This document shows positions 1 through 10,634 of a DNA stretch of 64,000 nt, piece by piece. Source of the stretch: a virus (taxonomy: Duplodnaviria; Caudoviricetes); the IMG/VR virus record IMGVR_UViG_3300028197_000002; one strand, given 5' to 3'. A program made the position numbers and the translations under genes. Numbering within the stretch: position 1 is the first letter of the stretch; each line of letters starts with the position of its first letter. The notes under the pieces are model-generated. The model did no database searches. It saw only the letters and a program-made list of their open reading frames with translations, and was not told the origin of the DNA.

Positions 1-2
1 AA

Positions 3-659
3 GACATAGAAGCGAAATTAGCTGCTGATGATACTGCTGATTTGTTTGAACTTCAAGATACTAATTTGTGGATGAAGTCAGAAGAAGAATTAAATTTCAA
101 GTGGAAAAAAGATTATGCCGAAGATATTCCTTATGAGTTGTTTGAACAAGCTAAAATTAATACGACAAAAATAGCAGAAAAATCAAAAGGCGTTGAATTA
201 GATAGGTCTATTAAGCTTCCTTATATGGAAGATGCTGATTTAAAATTATTAGAGGCTATTGAAGAAGGATTTTTAAAAAGACATCTTCCTAAAAATAAAA
301 CTTACTTGGGAAGAGTAAAAGAAGAGTATTCTCTTATTTGCAATAAAGGGTTTGCTTCTTATTTTCTTATTCAAAAAATAATGACAGACGAAGCCAGAAG
401 GATTTGTCCCACTTTACTGGGGTACGGAGATGGCTCAGAGGCAGTTGGTCCCGGAAGAGGAAGTGCTGTCGGCGCTTTGACTTGTTATTGCTTAGGCATT
501 ACGGATGTAGACCCAATTAAGCATGATTTGCTTTTTTCAAGGTTTTTAAGTCCTTCTCGTGGTGGAAAGCAAATGAAATTGAGATTTTCGATAGATCCGA
601 TAGAGGTCACAGAAGAATTTGCGAATGATTGTCCTTTTGATGTTCCTTTTAATTATTGA
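3..659 (+). CDS. dnaE: DNA polymerase III alpha subunit, N-terminal part (5'-truncated by window edge); first half of a split DnaE
   Basis: Frame is open from base 3. Contains R-x-x-E-E-Y...KGFASYFL, GPGRGSAVGALTCYCLGITDVDPIKHDLLFSRFLSPSR (DnaE GRGS and RFLNPER motifs), then stops before the PDIDVD motif. Confidence 0.93.
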   Translation, partial: DIEAKLAADDTADLFELQDTNLWMKSEEELNFKWKKDYAEDIPYELFEQAKINTTKIAEKSKGVELDRSIKLPYMEDADLKLLEAIEEGFLKRHLPKNKTYLGRVKEEYSLICNKGFASYFLIQKIMTDEARRICPTLLGYGDGSEAVGPGRGSAVGALTCYCLGITDVDPIKHDLLFSRFLSPSRGGKQMKLRFSIDPIEVTEEFANDCPFDVPFNY

Positions 660-710
660 AAATTTGATTCAATTTAACTATACTAGCTTAACAAGGAGTT
701 TTTAAATAAA

Positions 711-968
711 ATGAACATCAAAATATTAACTTTATCTACTGGTGTCGATATATTGGGATACATTGAATCTGAGGAAAGTAATTATTTCTTAGTTTCTAAT
801 CCTTATGTTATTAAGGCGTCAATAACAGATACGGAAGAAACCTTTACGCCTTATACTACATTTTCTGATAATAGTGTAAAGATATTTAAAACAGCAGTGG
901 TTGCTGAATTTGAGCCAGTTGAAAGACTTAAGATTTCTTACGCTGAAAAATTCGAAATTCCTGTTTGA
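711..968 (+). CDS. Hypothetical 85-aa protein, possibly Sm-like beta fold common in T4-like phages
   Basis: AAGGAG RBS upstream; IKILTLSTGVDILG...NPYVI pattern. Fold is inferred. Confidence 0.6.
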   Translation: MNIKILTLSTGVDILGYIESEESNYFLVSNPYVIKASITDTEETFTPYTTFSDNSVKIFKTAVVAEFEPVERLKISYAEKFEIPV

Positions 969-1729
969 TTATTTAGGAATTAAAAATTTTACTCTGACTT
1001 TATATGGGAAGCTTTGCGATCCTACGATTGCTTCTTGTTGATTATATTTACTTATAATCAATTTGTCAGCTTTGGGAAATAAAGATTTCATCCCTTCAAC
1101 TTTGTATCCTTTTGCTTTTAAGAAATCATTTAGTTTTTTCTCTATTTGATTTTTAGCATCTTTTTCACTTGAAGCAGTAATAACACCTGAGATATCAGCG
1201 ACAACTTCTATTCCACCTGTGCCTAAGTCTTCTGATTGTATGACGTCTATCATTGTGTCGCTGAATGTGACTTTTGATACGCCATCTTTTATTTCTTGAA
1301 TGTGTTTTGTGATGACTTGAGTATCGGCTTTCATTTTTGCCCCAAGTTTAAATAGTCTTTCTTCACTTGGAGATCTTTTGTCTCCAAAATCATATTCTAA
1401 ACTCGGTCGATTTTTTTTAAGCCAATCCCTATCTTGCTTAAAATCTTTTACGGCTTGTTTGTCTCCTTGCATGTCCGAGTAGGAATATGCATATTGTTGT
1501 TGATTTGGAGATTGTGCGGACACTTGTCCTATTCCAGCACCAGCCATTGCCGCAGCTAATGTTGCAGCCTTAGCTGTCTTTCCTAGTTTTGATTTTCCTA
1601 GCTTTTGTAACAATCCCGCTTCTAATAGATCAACAAGTTGCTCTTGAGTAGGTTCATCGTATCCTTCTTCGATAAGAATAGACTTGATAACTTTTATATC
1701 TTTGTCTTGTGTGTATTCTTTGAATGTTT

Positions 1730-1733
<4 letters not shown>
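969..1733 (-). CDS. Putative internal head protein with T4 capsid-targeting-like N-terminus
   Basis: Starts MKTFKEY (cf. T4 IP CTS MKTYQEFIAE); ILIEE and LLEA candidate L/I-x-E cleavage sites; followed by a hydrophobic Ala/Gly stretch. Confidence 0.7.
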
Positions 1734-3028
<1,295 letters not shown>

Positions 3029-3058
3029 TATTAAATTCTCCTATTAAGTAAACATTAT

Positions 3059-3066
3059 TATTTATA
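3059..3066 (-). promoter_or_regulatory. T4-type late promoter TATAAATA
   Basis: Exact TATAAATA on the minus strand ~30 nt upstream of the 3028 start. Confidence 0.65.
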
Positions 3067-3086
3067 CTCCACGTTGTAATTTTGAA

Positions 3087-3115
3087 TTGGTTTTTTATTG
3101 ATGATTTGTTATAAT
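3087..3115 (+). promoter_or_regulatory. sigma70-type promoter for the AAA-DnaE(C) operon
   Basis: TTGGTT-17 bp-TATAAT with a TG extension. Confidence 0.55.
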
Positions 3116-3150
3116 GTAAACTTAATTTTAGTTAAATAAAAAGGAATTTT

Positions 3151-4140
3151 ATGCCTGTTGTAAATACTCAATGTGACGAAGAGTCTGATTGGCTAGACTC
3201 TGTTTCCCCTGTTTCGGTTAATTCGGTGGAGTTCGAACTCGAATCGCCAAATTATCGAGGATTGAAGCAATTCACGACCACAGACGGCAAGAAATTCTTT
3301 GCAGCAGGGTCTACTGTTTCATCTTTGGTTCCGGGCACATATAACATTAAAGTGGATAATTCTGCTGGAATTTGTTTTCAAAAAATAGATATTGCGACTG
3401 ATGGGCTTTTAAGATTCCCAAATAGTAATTCTGAAAAGGTTATTGAAGAGATTTCTAAGTTTTGGGATCGAGAGTCTGTATTTAAGAAATACAATCTTAA
3501 TTATAAAAGAGGAATATTTTTATATGGACCACCCGGATCGGGGAAATCTTCAACAATACAAATTGTGTCAGAGGGTGTCGTAAAAAGAAACGGAGTTGTT
3601 TTTAAATTTAACAATCCATCTGTGTTTGTTGAAGGAATTAGAATTTTCAGAGAAATTCAACCAAACACTCCTGTCGTTGTTTTAATGGAAGATATTGACT
3701 CCACAATTGAAGCTTTTAATGAATCAGAAGTTTTAAATATATTAGATGGAGTTGATCAAGCAAGTAAAATTGTTTTTTTAGCCACAAGCAATTACCCAGA
3801 GCTTTTAAGTCAAAGGCTTTTAAATAGGCCAAGCAGATTTGATAAAAGATTTAAAATGGAACACCCTGATGAAAATGCAAGAAGATTGTATTTTAATAAT
3901 TTAATTGATGACGAAGCCATAGAAAATTCATCAATTGACATTGACCAATGGGTAGCAGAAACAGAGAATATGTCTATTGCTCACTTGAAAGAATTGTTTA
4001 TTACTGTTTGCATACTTGGGAATTCTTATACTGATTCTTTAGGGGCTTTGAAAGGTATGAGCAACATACCTCGTTCAGATGCAGATTATGATAAGAAAGT
4101 GGGGTTTGGTGTTAATTCTGGTGGGAAAGGTTGGAGATAA
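3151..4140 (+). CDS. AAA+ ATPase (BCS1/FtsH-like AAA domain)
   Basis: Walker A GPPGSGKS, Walker B VLMEDID, sensor ATSN, arginine finger NRPSRFD. Confidence 0.92.
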   Translation: MPVVNTQCDEESDWLDSVSPVSVNSVEFELESPNYRGLKQFTTTDGKKFFAAGSTVSSLVPGTYNIKVDNSAGICFQKIDIATDGLLRFPNSNSEKVIEEISKFWDRESVFKKYNLNYKRGIFLYGPPGSGKSSTIQIVSEGVVKRNGVVFKFNNPSVFVEGIRIFREIQPNTPVVVLMEDIDSTIEAFNESEVLNILDGVDQASKIVFLATSNYPELLSQRLLNRPSRFDKRFKMEHPDENARRLYFNNLIDDEAIENSSIDIDQWVAETENMSIAHLKELFITVCILGNSYTDSLGALKGMSNIPRSDADYDKKVGFGVNSGGKGWR

Positions 4141-6746
4141 TGGACAGCAGAGAAGAACTAATTAAAATTTGCATAACTGAAATGCAAAACAAAAACTTAA
4201 ATGATTCATTCTATAAGGATCGTTTGAAAAAAGAGTTTAAAGAAATAGACATTCAATCTGAACATGATTATTTTATAAAAATTTATGATAAAAAATTAAA
4301 GTTTGATAAAAATGAAAATAATCTTTTAGTGTGTTATTTGTTAGGAGCTTGCGATCAATTTGATAAAGATGTTGATCCTGTATATTCGCAAGGTGAGTTT
4401 CCTGATATTGATGTTGATTATCTTCCTGCTATTCAAGATTATTTAAGAAATAAATTTTGCCCAAAAGCTTTTGGAAGAGAAAATGTTGTAAACATAGGAA
4501 ATTATGGAACTTTTGGAATTAAATCTGCCTTATTAGATATGGCTAGGGTTCACGGTGCCGACAGAACAGAGATACAGACGATAACCAAAAATCTACAAGA
4601 TAAAGACGAAGAGGGTCAGCCACTAACATGGGAAAAGGCACTAGAGATTTCTCCTGCTTTGAGTGAGTATTGTGAAAGTTACCCAGAGGTTACAGATGCT
4701 GCTCGAAGATTAATTAATAGAAATAGAAGTAGAGGAAAACATGCTGGTGGAACTGTTATCTCAAGTGTTAAAATAGATGACTTTGTTCCAATTATGATAG
4801 ACACTGATGGGAATCCAGTTTCTGGTTGGACGGAAGGACTTCACGATCAAGATTTACAGCCTGTTGGTCTAATTAAATTTGATGTTCTTGCGATTAAAGA
4901 CTTGTTGAGAATTTCTACTTGTTGCCAATTGATCAGACAAAGGCATCCAGAAGTAAAATCAATTTGCGCATTGAAAAATGGTTCCGATTGGAGTGATATT
5001 TCTTACTTAGATGATTCTCAAGCTATTGAATTGGCGAACCAAGCCAAGACAAGAGGTGTTTTTCAATTTGATAGCGAAGGAATGAGAAACCTTGTTAAGT
5101 CAGGGGGAGTTAGCTCTTTTGAAGATTTGGTTGCGTACACAGCATTGTTTCGTCCCGGACCATTAGGAATGGGAATGCATGAAAAATATATTGATAGAAA
5201 AAAAGGCCGAGAGGATTGGAATGAAGACACTCCTGATTGTATAAAAGATATTTTAGGAACAACTTATGGTGTTTTATGTTATCAAGAGCAAGTAATGAAA
5301 GTTCTCAATAGAGTTGGAGACATTCCTCTTATTCATTGTGAGAAAATTAGAAAAGCGATCAGCAAGAAGAAGACAGATGAATTCATAAAGTATAAAGAAA
5401 TGTTTTTGGAGAAAGGTTCTGTAAAAACAGGATGGCCGCTTGTGTCAGAAGACAACAAGAACATGAATTATCTTTGGAGCCAAATCGAAGCTTTTGCTGG
5501 ATATGGTTTCAATAAGTCTCATGCCGTTGCGTACACTTATATATCTTCAAGATTGCTGTGGTTAAAGACTCACTATCCACTAGAGTTTTTTAACACCACT
5601 TTTAGGTTAGAGGCAGATGAAGACAAGGTTCGATCTTATAAAAGAGAAGCAGAAAAGCTTGGAATAGAAATTAAAAAATGTGATGCAAATAAATCAAAAG
5701 CAAGTTATGAAATTGTAGATGACAAGATTTACATAGGATTTTCAAACATAAAAGGAATTGGCAAAGATGTCGCGGATGAAATGGTCCGCAAGCAGCCTTA
5801 TTGTGGACTAGAAGATTTCCTTGAAAGGTTTGGGACTGACAAAAGAATTGTTGAACCTTTGATATATCTTGAGATTTTCAAAGAAAAGCCAATTAATTTC
5901 TTATTGGAATTTTATGAAGAATATAAAAAATGGTCTAAAAGTAAAACGGATCGAGGAAAGCGACAGGGAAAAAGAAAAAAAGAACTTAAGGAAATAATAT
6001 TTTCTTTTCTTAAAGAAGAACTGTTAGAAGATGGGAAAATAGATGAAATTCTAAGTGAAGATAAGTTGCTTTATCTTCATGACAACTTTGAAGAATTTGA
6101 CAATTCGCTTCTTTCGGTAGAGTTTTCTAAAGAGGATTTGCTTCCTACTTTGAAAAAATATTATAGGTCTGTCACAAGTTATAGAGAAAAGATACGAGTG
6201 ATCGAAAATGATCCGCTATCTTTGAATAATTGGAATTCTACTGATAAGTACAAGCTAAGTTCTATTCCCAATCAATTTGATATTGAGAAAAAATATTATG
6301 GATTTAGTTGGCAACACCCTCTTGAGAAAAGCCCTGATTATTATGGAGATAATTTATCTTTCAATAGATTTAAAGATGACGATTCAATATTGAAAACAGG
6401 CGTGGAATGCATGATTATAAAAAAGCCTGAAGAAAAAATATCTAAAAAGGGAAACAAGTATTACTATGTTTTGGTTGAAGATGATAACTGGAATATTGAA
6501 GTCGTCACTTTTTGGGAAGAAGACTATTTGAGATTTAAAGATGAGATTAATTATTGGAATGAAGATGAAAAAAGAGGCAACTTACTACAATTAAGATGTA
6601 CAAGGCCCGGAAAAGGATTTAAATCTTATACTTTTGAATCGCCTTCCAAGCGAGATAGGCACAAATTGCCTGAAGACAAAAAGAAAGACTATAGACTTAG
6701 AGTCATGAGGGCGCCAATTTTAAGAGGTGAAGAATCTAATGAGTGA
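4140..6746 (+). CDS. dnaE: DNA polymerase III alpha subunit, C-terminal (catalytic) part of a split DnaE
   Basis: FPDIDVD catalytic motif, KHAGG, GLIKFDVL, GVFQF, ALFRPGP, YQEQVM, GYGFNKSHA, HhH IKGIG and a C-terminal OB-like segment. Start placed at the ATG after GGAG. Confidence 0.96.
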   Translation: MDSREELIKICITEMQNKNLNDSFYKDRLKKEFKEIDIQSEHDYFIKIYDKKLKFDKNENNLLVCYLLGACDQFDKDVDPVYSQGEFPDIDVDYLPAIQDYLRNKFCPKAFGRENVVNIGNYGTFGIKSALLDMARVHGADRTEIQTITKNLQDKDEEGQPLTWEKALEISPALSEYCESYPEVTDAARRLINRNRSRGKHAGGTVISSVKIDDFVPIMIDTDGNPVSGWTEGLHDQDLQPVGLIKFDVLAIKDLLRISTCCQLIRQRHPEVKSICALKNGSDWSDISYLDDSQAIELANQAKTRGVFQFDSEGMRNLVKSGGVSSFEDLVAYTALFRPGPLGMGMHEKYIDRKKGREDWNEDTPDCIKDILGTTYGVLCYQEQVMKVLNRVGDIPLIHCEKIRKAISKKKTDEFIKYKEMFLEKGSVKTGWPLVSEDNKNMNYLWSQIEAFAGYGFNKSHAVAYTYISSRLLWLKTHYPLEFFNTTFRLEADEDKVRSYKREAEKLGIEIKKCDANKSKASYEIVDDKIYIGFSNIKGIGKDVADEMVRKQPYCGLEDFLERFGTDKRIVEPLIYLEIFKEKPINFLLEFYEEYKKWSKSKTDRGKRQGKRKKELKEIIFSFLKEELLEDGKIDEILSEDKLLYLHDNFEEFDNSLLSVEFSKEDLLPTLKKYYRSVTSYREKIRVIENDPLSLNNWNSTDKYKLSSIPNQFDIEKKYYGFSWQHPLEKSPDYYGDNLSFNRFKDDDSILKTGVECMIIKKPEEKISKKGNKYYYVLVEDDNWNIEVVTFWEEDYLRFKDEINYWNEDEKRGNLLQLRCTRPGKGFKSYTFESPSKRDRHKLPEDKKKDYRLRVMRAPILRGEESNE

Positions 6747-7221
6747 AATAATTAATGAAGAAAATTTTGACCGGTATTTTAAAGATGTAAGGCAAAACAA
6801 GCCTGAAAAAGATGATATTATTGCAAAGTACTCTGCCATAGCAGAATTTGTTGATGGTGGTGAAAAAAGACAAATAATATCATTGCTAATGACCACAGAA
6901 GACAAAATGGAGGCAACTGCTCAAATAATGAGAAAGCTTCTTTTTGCTTCCGAAAGAGATGCTTTAAAAGTTCCAAGAACAATGGCGGAAGACTTGATTT
7001 CTGGTATGTCTACCGATGAAGTGGCAGAAAAATCATATAAATATAAAGTTGAAATTTTTTATTATACTAAAAAAGAGCATTTGCCATTAGATGATCCTCA
7101 CTGGAGTAGTATTTCAATAATTGATATGAATGAAATTGATTCTAAGGTGAAAGCCAAGCATTTTAGCGATGAGGAAAATGACCAAGAGAATCTTAAAATT
7201 GCAAATAAAAATGAAAAATAA
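6739..7221 (+). CDS. Hypothetical protein
   Basis: ORF overlaps the dnaE stop; GAGG RBS. Confidence 0.7.
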   Translation: MSEIINEENFDRYFKDVRQNKPEKDDIIAKYSAIAEFVDGGEKRQIISLLMTTEDKMEATAQIMRKLLFASERDALKVPRTMAEDLISGMSTDEVAEKSYKYKVEIFYYTKKEHLPLDDPHWSSISIIDMNEIDSKVKAKHFSDEENDQENLKIANKNEK

Positions 7222-7257
7222 GCAATATATATTATAAGTCACAGAGGAATATTAAAT

Positions 7258-7941
7258 ATGAATGATTACATGCAAGATTTTAAAGATGATATGGATAATT
7301 ACACAGCCAAATGGGAAAAGGCTTTAGAGGATGGAGTATTTGACAATGCAGATGGCGAAATTCCATCTTTAAATCAACAAACCTCCAAAGATAGTTTTTT
7401 TGGTTTTTCCAATACAAATCCAACAAGTGAGCCTGCCGCTTCGGATTCTGAATATTGGAACGCAATTAATTCTGCCTCTGAAGATCATGCATCTTCGCCT
7501 CATCCATTGAATGAAGTGATGGCAGAAGCAGCTTGGGAAGGTACTCCGATCCCTCAAGACCTCCCACAGGCAGTGCGTGGTGAAGGTCATAAGCAGAGTC
7601 CATCGAATCCTCAAGCTAGAGACAGTATGGGAATGGATCAAGAATTAAAAAAGCAATCTCTTGGTATGACTTATACCCAAGAAGAATTAAGCAAGCTTGC
7701 TGAAATAAAAACAACCTTGTATGATCTTGAAGCTAAAATGTTAACTTCTTTAGGAATGGGAGATGACAAAGGGGCAAGTAAAGTTAGCGCTCAAATACAA
7801 AAAGTTAAAAAAGAAATGAATGAGCTTTCTGATGAAATTGGAAGAGCTTATGCAAATCCTACAGAACCTGAAGATGGCACAGGCCCTCATTCTTCTGACA
7901 ACCCGATGGTTACCCAGCCAAAACAACTTAAAAACATTTAG
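7258..7941 (+). CDS. Hypothetical acidic protein with C-terminal coiled coil
   Basis: 227-aa ORF; ATATATA and GAGGA upstream. Confidence 0.75.
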   Translation: MNDYMQDFKDDMDNYTAKWEKALEDGVFDNADGEIPSLNQQTSKDSFFGFSNTNPTSEPAASDSEYWNAINSASEDHASSPHPLNEVMAEAAWEGTPIPQDLPQAVRGEGHKQSPSNPQARDSMGMDQELKKQSLGMTYTQEELSKLAEIKTTLYDLEAKMLTSLGMGDDKGASKVSAQIQKVKKEMNELSDEIGRAYANPTEPEDGTGPHSSDNPMVTQPKQLKNI

Positions 7942-7956
7942 TAGTGGAGATAAAGT

Positions 7957-8160
7957 GTGGATGCTGTTTTTTACATTTCGTTAATTGTATTTTTAGTTTC
8001 TTTAGTAGGAGTTTTTTACTTTAGAAACCAAAGAAAAAAACAAGATGATCTCCAAGCGCAGTTTGTAGTCACAGGGACATTGGCTTTAATATTTACTATT
8101 GTTTGTTTTTTGTCTGCAATCTGCACCATTTTGAATTTTCTATGGAAATGGGTCATCTAA
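7957..8160 (+). CDS. Small two-TM membrane protein
   Basis: Two hydrophobic segments separated by RNQRKK; GGAG RBS. Confidence 0.7.
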   Translation: MDAVFYISLIVFLVSLVGVFYFRNQRKKQDDLQAQFVVTGTLALIFTIVCFLSAICTILNFLWKWVI

Positions 8161-8182
8161 TTCCTCTTTTGCAAAAAGAATA

Positions 8183-9214
8183 GTGGAAGAATTTAAAAAA
8201 ATATTAGAAGGTAAAACTAAGGCTTGTTTATTTACCCACCCTTTCCCTGATCCAGATGCTATTGGAAGTATGATGGGTATGAGTTGGGTTTTAGACAAAC
8301 TTGGGATTAAATCTAACATGTATTATGATGGGGTCATATCCCATCCTCAAAATAAATCTATGGTCAATCTTTTGGACTTAGAGTTAATTCCTTTGTCCAA
8401 TTATGACAGTGATCTCTATGACCAAAGTACAACTTTGAACATCTTGTTGGACACAGTCCCAGACAATGCTGGCGCTCCAAATGAAGTTTCTTTTGACATG
8501 GTCATAGATCACCACAAAGACTTCCCATTAGATTACAAAGGTGTTTATTTAAATTTAAAATCTGGAAGTGCCTGTTCTGTTGTTTATAATCTTATAGAAC
8601 AATTAGAATTAGAGTTTGAAGAAGACAAGCTGGCAGATAATAAAGTTGCCACTGCAATGATGATAGGAATTACCACGGACACAGAATTTTTAATGTCTGA
8701 TGACTGTAGTGATCATGAATTTTTTGCTTGGAGTAAATTGTTTCAATTTAGAGATCCAACTCTTCTAAAGCAGATCGTTCATTATGAAAGGCCTAAGTTT
8801 TGGATCGACTCTAAGGCTACTGCTTGCGCCAAGGCAATTGTAGATGAAAGTGTTGGAGTTGTAGGAATGGGCTTAATTCCTCAAAAACATCGTGACATGA
8901 TCGCAGACATGGCTGATGAAATGGTTACTTGGGAGGACCTCCATACAGCGATTGTATTCGCTTTAGTCGATGGGAGCAGGATTGAAGGCTGTGTTAGAAC
9001 TAAAGCATCCTCTGTCTCTGCTCCTTCTTTGTGCAATGAGCTTGCTGGCAAATACGGATTAGGTGGAGGGAAGCTTGGGAAAGGCGCTTATAAATACGAA
9101 CTGTGTGGAGCAGGAATAGAAGAAGATGATGACGAAGATATTAAATTAAAAACTTGGGATCTGTTTCAAGACAAAGAAATAAGAAGGGTTTTCAGGATTG
9201 TAAAAAATAATTAA
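8183..9214 (+). CDS. DHH/DHHA1-family phosphoesterase (NrnA-like)
   Basis: HPFPDPDAIGS, LLDT, IDHH and ITTDT motifs; C-terminal GGG loop (GGGKLGKGA). Confidence 0.88.
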   Translation: MEEFKKILEGKTKACLFTHPFPDPDAIGSMMGMSWVLDKLGIKSNMYYDGVISHPQNKSMVNLLDLELIPLSNYDSDLYDQSTTLNILLDTVPDNAGAPNEVSFDMVIDHHKDFPLDYKGVYLNLKSGSACSVVYNLIEQLELEFEEDKLADNKVATAMMIGITTDTEFLMSDDCSDHEFFAWSKLFQFRDPTLLKQIVHYERPKFWIDSKATACAKAIVDESVGVVGMGLIPQKHRDMIADMADEMVTWEDLHTAIVFALVDGSRIEGCVRTKASSVSAPSLCNELAGKYGLGGGKLGKGAYKYELCGAGIEEDDDEDIKLKTWDLFQDKEIRRVFRIVKNN

Positions 9215-9216
9215 AA

Positions 9217-9390
9217 ATGAAAAATTTGATAAAATGTAATTCTTGTGGCTGGTTTATAATAATTAAAAATGAAAAAGATATAAAAGAAAATAATCTTAGA
9301 GAAGTTAAAAGCGGTTGTTCTACTTGCAAAAAAGCAAGAAAGTTTTTTTGCAAGAAATGCGAAAATATAGTTAAAATGTTCAGAATGTAA
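9217..9390 (+). CDS. 57-aa zinc-finger protein (absent from the ORF track)
   Basis: Manual translation MKNLIKCNSCGW...GCSTCKKARKFFCKKCENIVKMFRM, with three CxxC pairs; starts 2 nt after the DHH stop. Confidence 0.75.
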   Translation: MKNLIKCNSCGWFIIIKNEKDIKENNLREVKSGCSTCKKARKFFCKKCENIVKMFRM

Positions 9391-9422
9391 TATTCTTTTC
9401 TATATTATAGTGAGCAAATCGA

Positions 9423-10634
9423 ATGAAAAAAAAACTAGTAAAATCTTTTAAAAGAGATTCCTATAATGGAAAAAAGAAGGAATCTGAAGTTGCTTTAGAA
9501 AGCGCAAACTTTAAAATTCACAAAATGAATAGTAGGCCAAGACCTGCACCTGAAAACACTATTCTAATCGCAACCTTTTCTGAATTTGGTTGTGAAAGCT
9601 TGGGCATAATGTACTGCATCCCAGCTTTGATTCAGGAACATCCTAGTAAATATAAGATAATAGTTGGTTGGTATGGAAGGGAGTTTCTTTATCGACATTT
9701 ATGCGATGAGTATTGGGAAATTAGTGAAGACTATATGCATCTCAGAGAATATGCTAATGCTTTTCATCATTCTTCTAAGAATTTAAGATCCATAGAGTCT
9801 TCTTTAAAAGAATATGGACTTGTTTTTCCTTCTGAATATTTAGGAAAAATATCAATAGGAATTAAGTGTAATAATTGTGGCCTATTTATGAATTCCGTAT
9901 ATGGAAATGGAGAGTCTTGGAAAGAATATAATGGAGAGAATACTTGTCCAGCTTGTGCTAGCGACAATATGACTCTTCCTATGCTTCAAGATATCAAGGG
10001 GTGGAAAGATAGAATGCTTCCAATTCCTTCTCCAAGTGAAGAAAAAATTAATTATGTCAAGAAATATTTAAAAAAACCTTCTGTTGGAATATTTGCTCGT
10101 GGAAGAAAACAATATGGAAGAAACTTGCAACCTGAATTTTACATTAATTTAATTAAAATGTTAGAGGATATGGGTTACAATCCTATATGGCTTGGGGAAA
10201 AGGTTTCCGTTCAGCCTTGCCCGGTAGATCATATTTTAGATTGGTCCCGAATGAAAGAGTCTCGTGATTTAGAATCTACATTGGCAATTATTAAAAATTG
10301 CGATTTCACAATTCAATTTTGGACTGCTTCTACTAGATTATCAGGAATGATTGGTGTTCCTTATATTTTGTTTGAAAGTCCTGATCAAATATGGGGAAAA
10401 AAAGGTCAAGAAGGAATTAGAAGAAATTTATGTGATTTGGGTCCTAGAAAATTAGCAGCCAATCATTTTTTAGATGTTTATAGAAACAATAAAGAAGGAC
10501 TAGAGATAGTGAAACAGTGCATAGAGGAACTAAATGCTGGTAACTATGAAGATATTATAGGATTAGTTGGTAATAAGAAGGCCATGTGGCAATATAAAAA
10601 AGATAACGACGAAAGGATAGGCAGTAAATTTTGA
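9423..10634 (+). CDS. GT9 (heptosyltransferase)-like glycosyltransferase with zinc-ribbon insertion
   Basis: N-terminal FGCE...IPAL...VDEYW; C-terminal DLESTLAIIKNCDFTI...TASTRLSGMIGVPYILF, a GT-B/GT9 pattern; CNNC...CPAC insert. Confidence 0.6.
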   Translation: MKKKLVKSFKRDSYNGKKKESEVALESANFKIHKMNSRPRPAPENTILIATFSEFGCESLGIMYCIPALIQEHPSKYKIIVGWYGREFLYRHLCDEYWEISEDYMHLREYANAFHHSSKNLRSIESSLKEYGLVFPSEYLGKISIGIKCNNCGLFMNSVYGNGESWKEYNGENTCPACASDNMTLPMLQDIKGWKDRMLPIPSPSEEKINYVKKYLKKPSVGIFARGRKQYGRNLQPEFYINLIKMLEDMGYNPIWLGEKVSVQPCPVDHILDWSRMKESRDLESTLAIIKNCDFTIQFWTASTRLSGMIGVPYILFESPDQIWGKKGQEGIRRNLCDLGPRKLAANHFLDVYRNNKEGLEIVKQCIEELNAGNYEDIIGLVGNKKAMWQYKKDNDERIGSKF

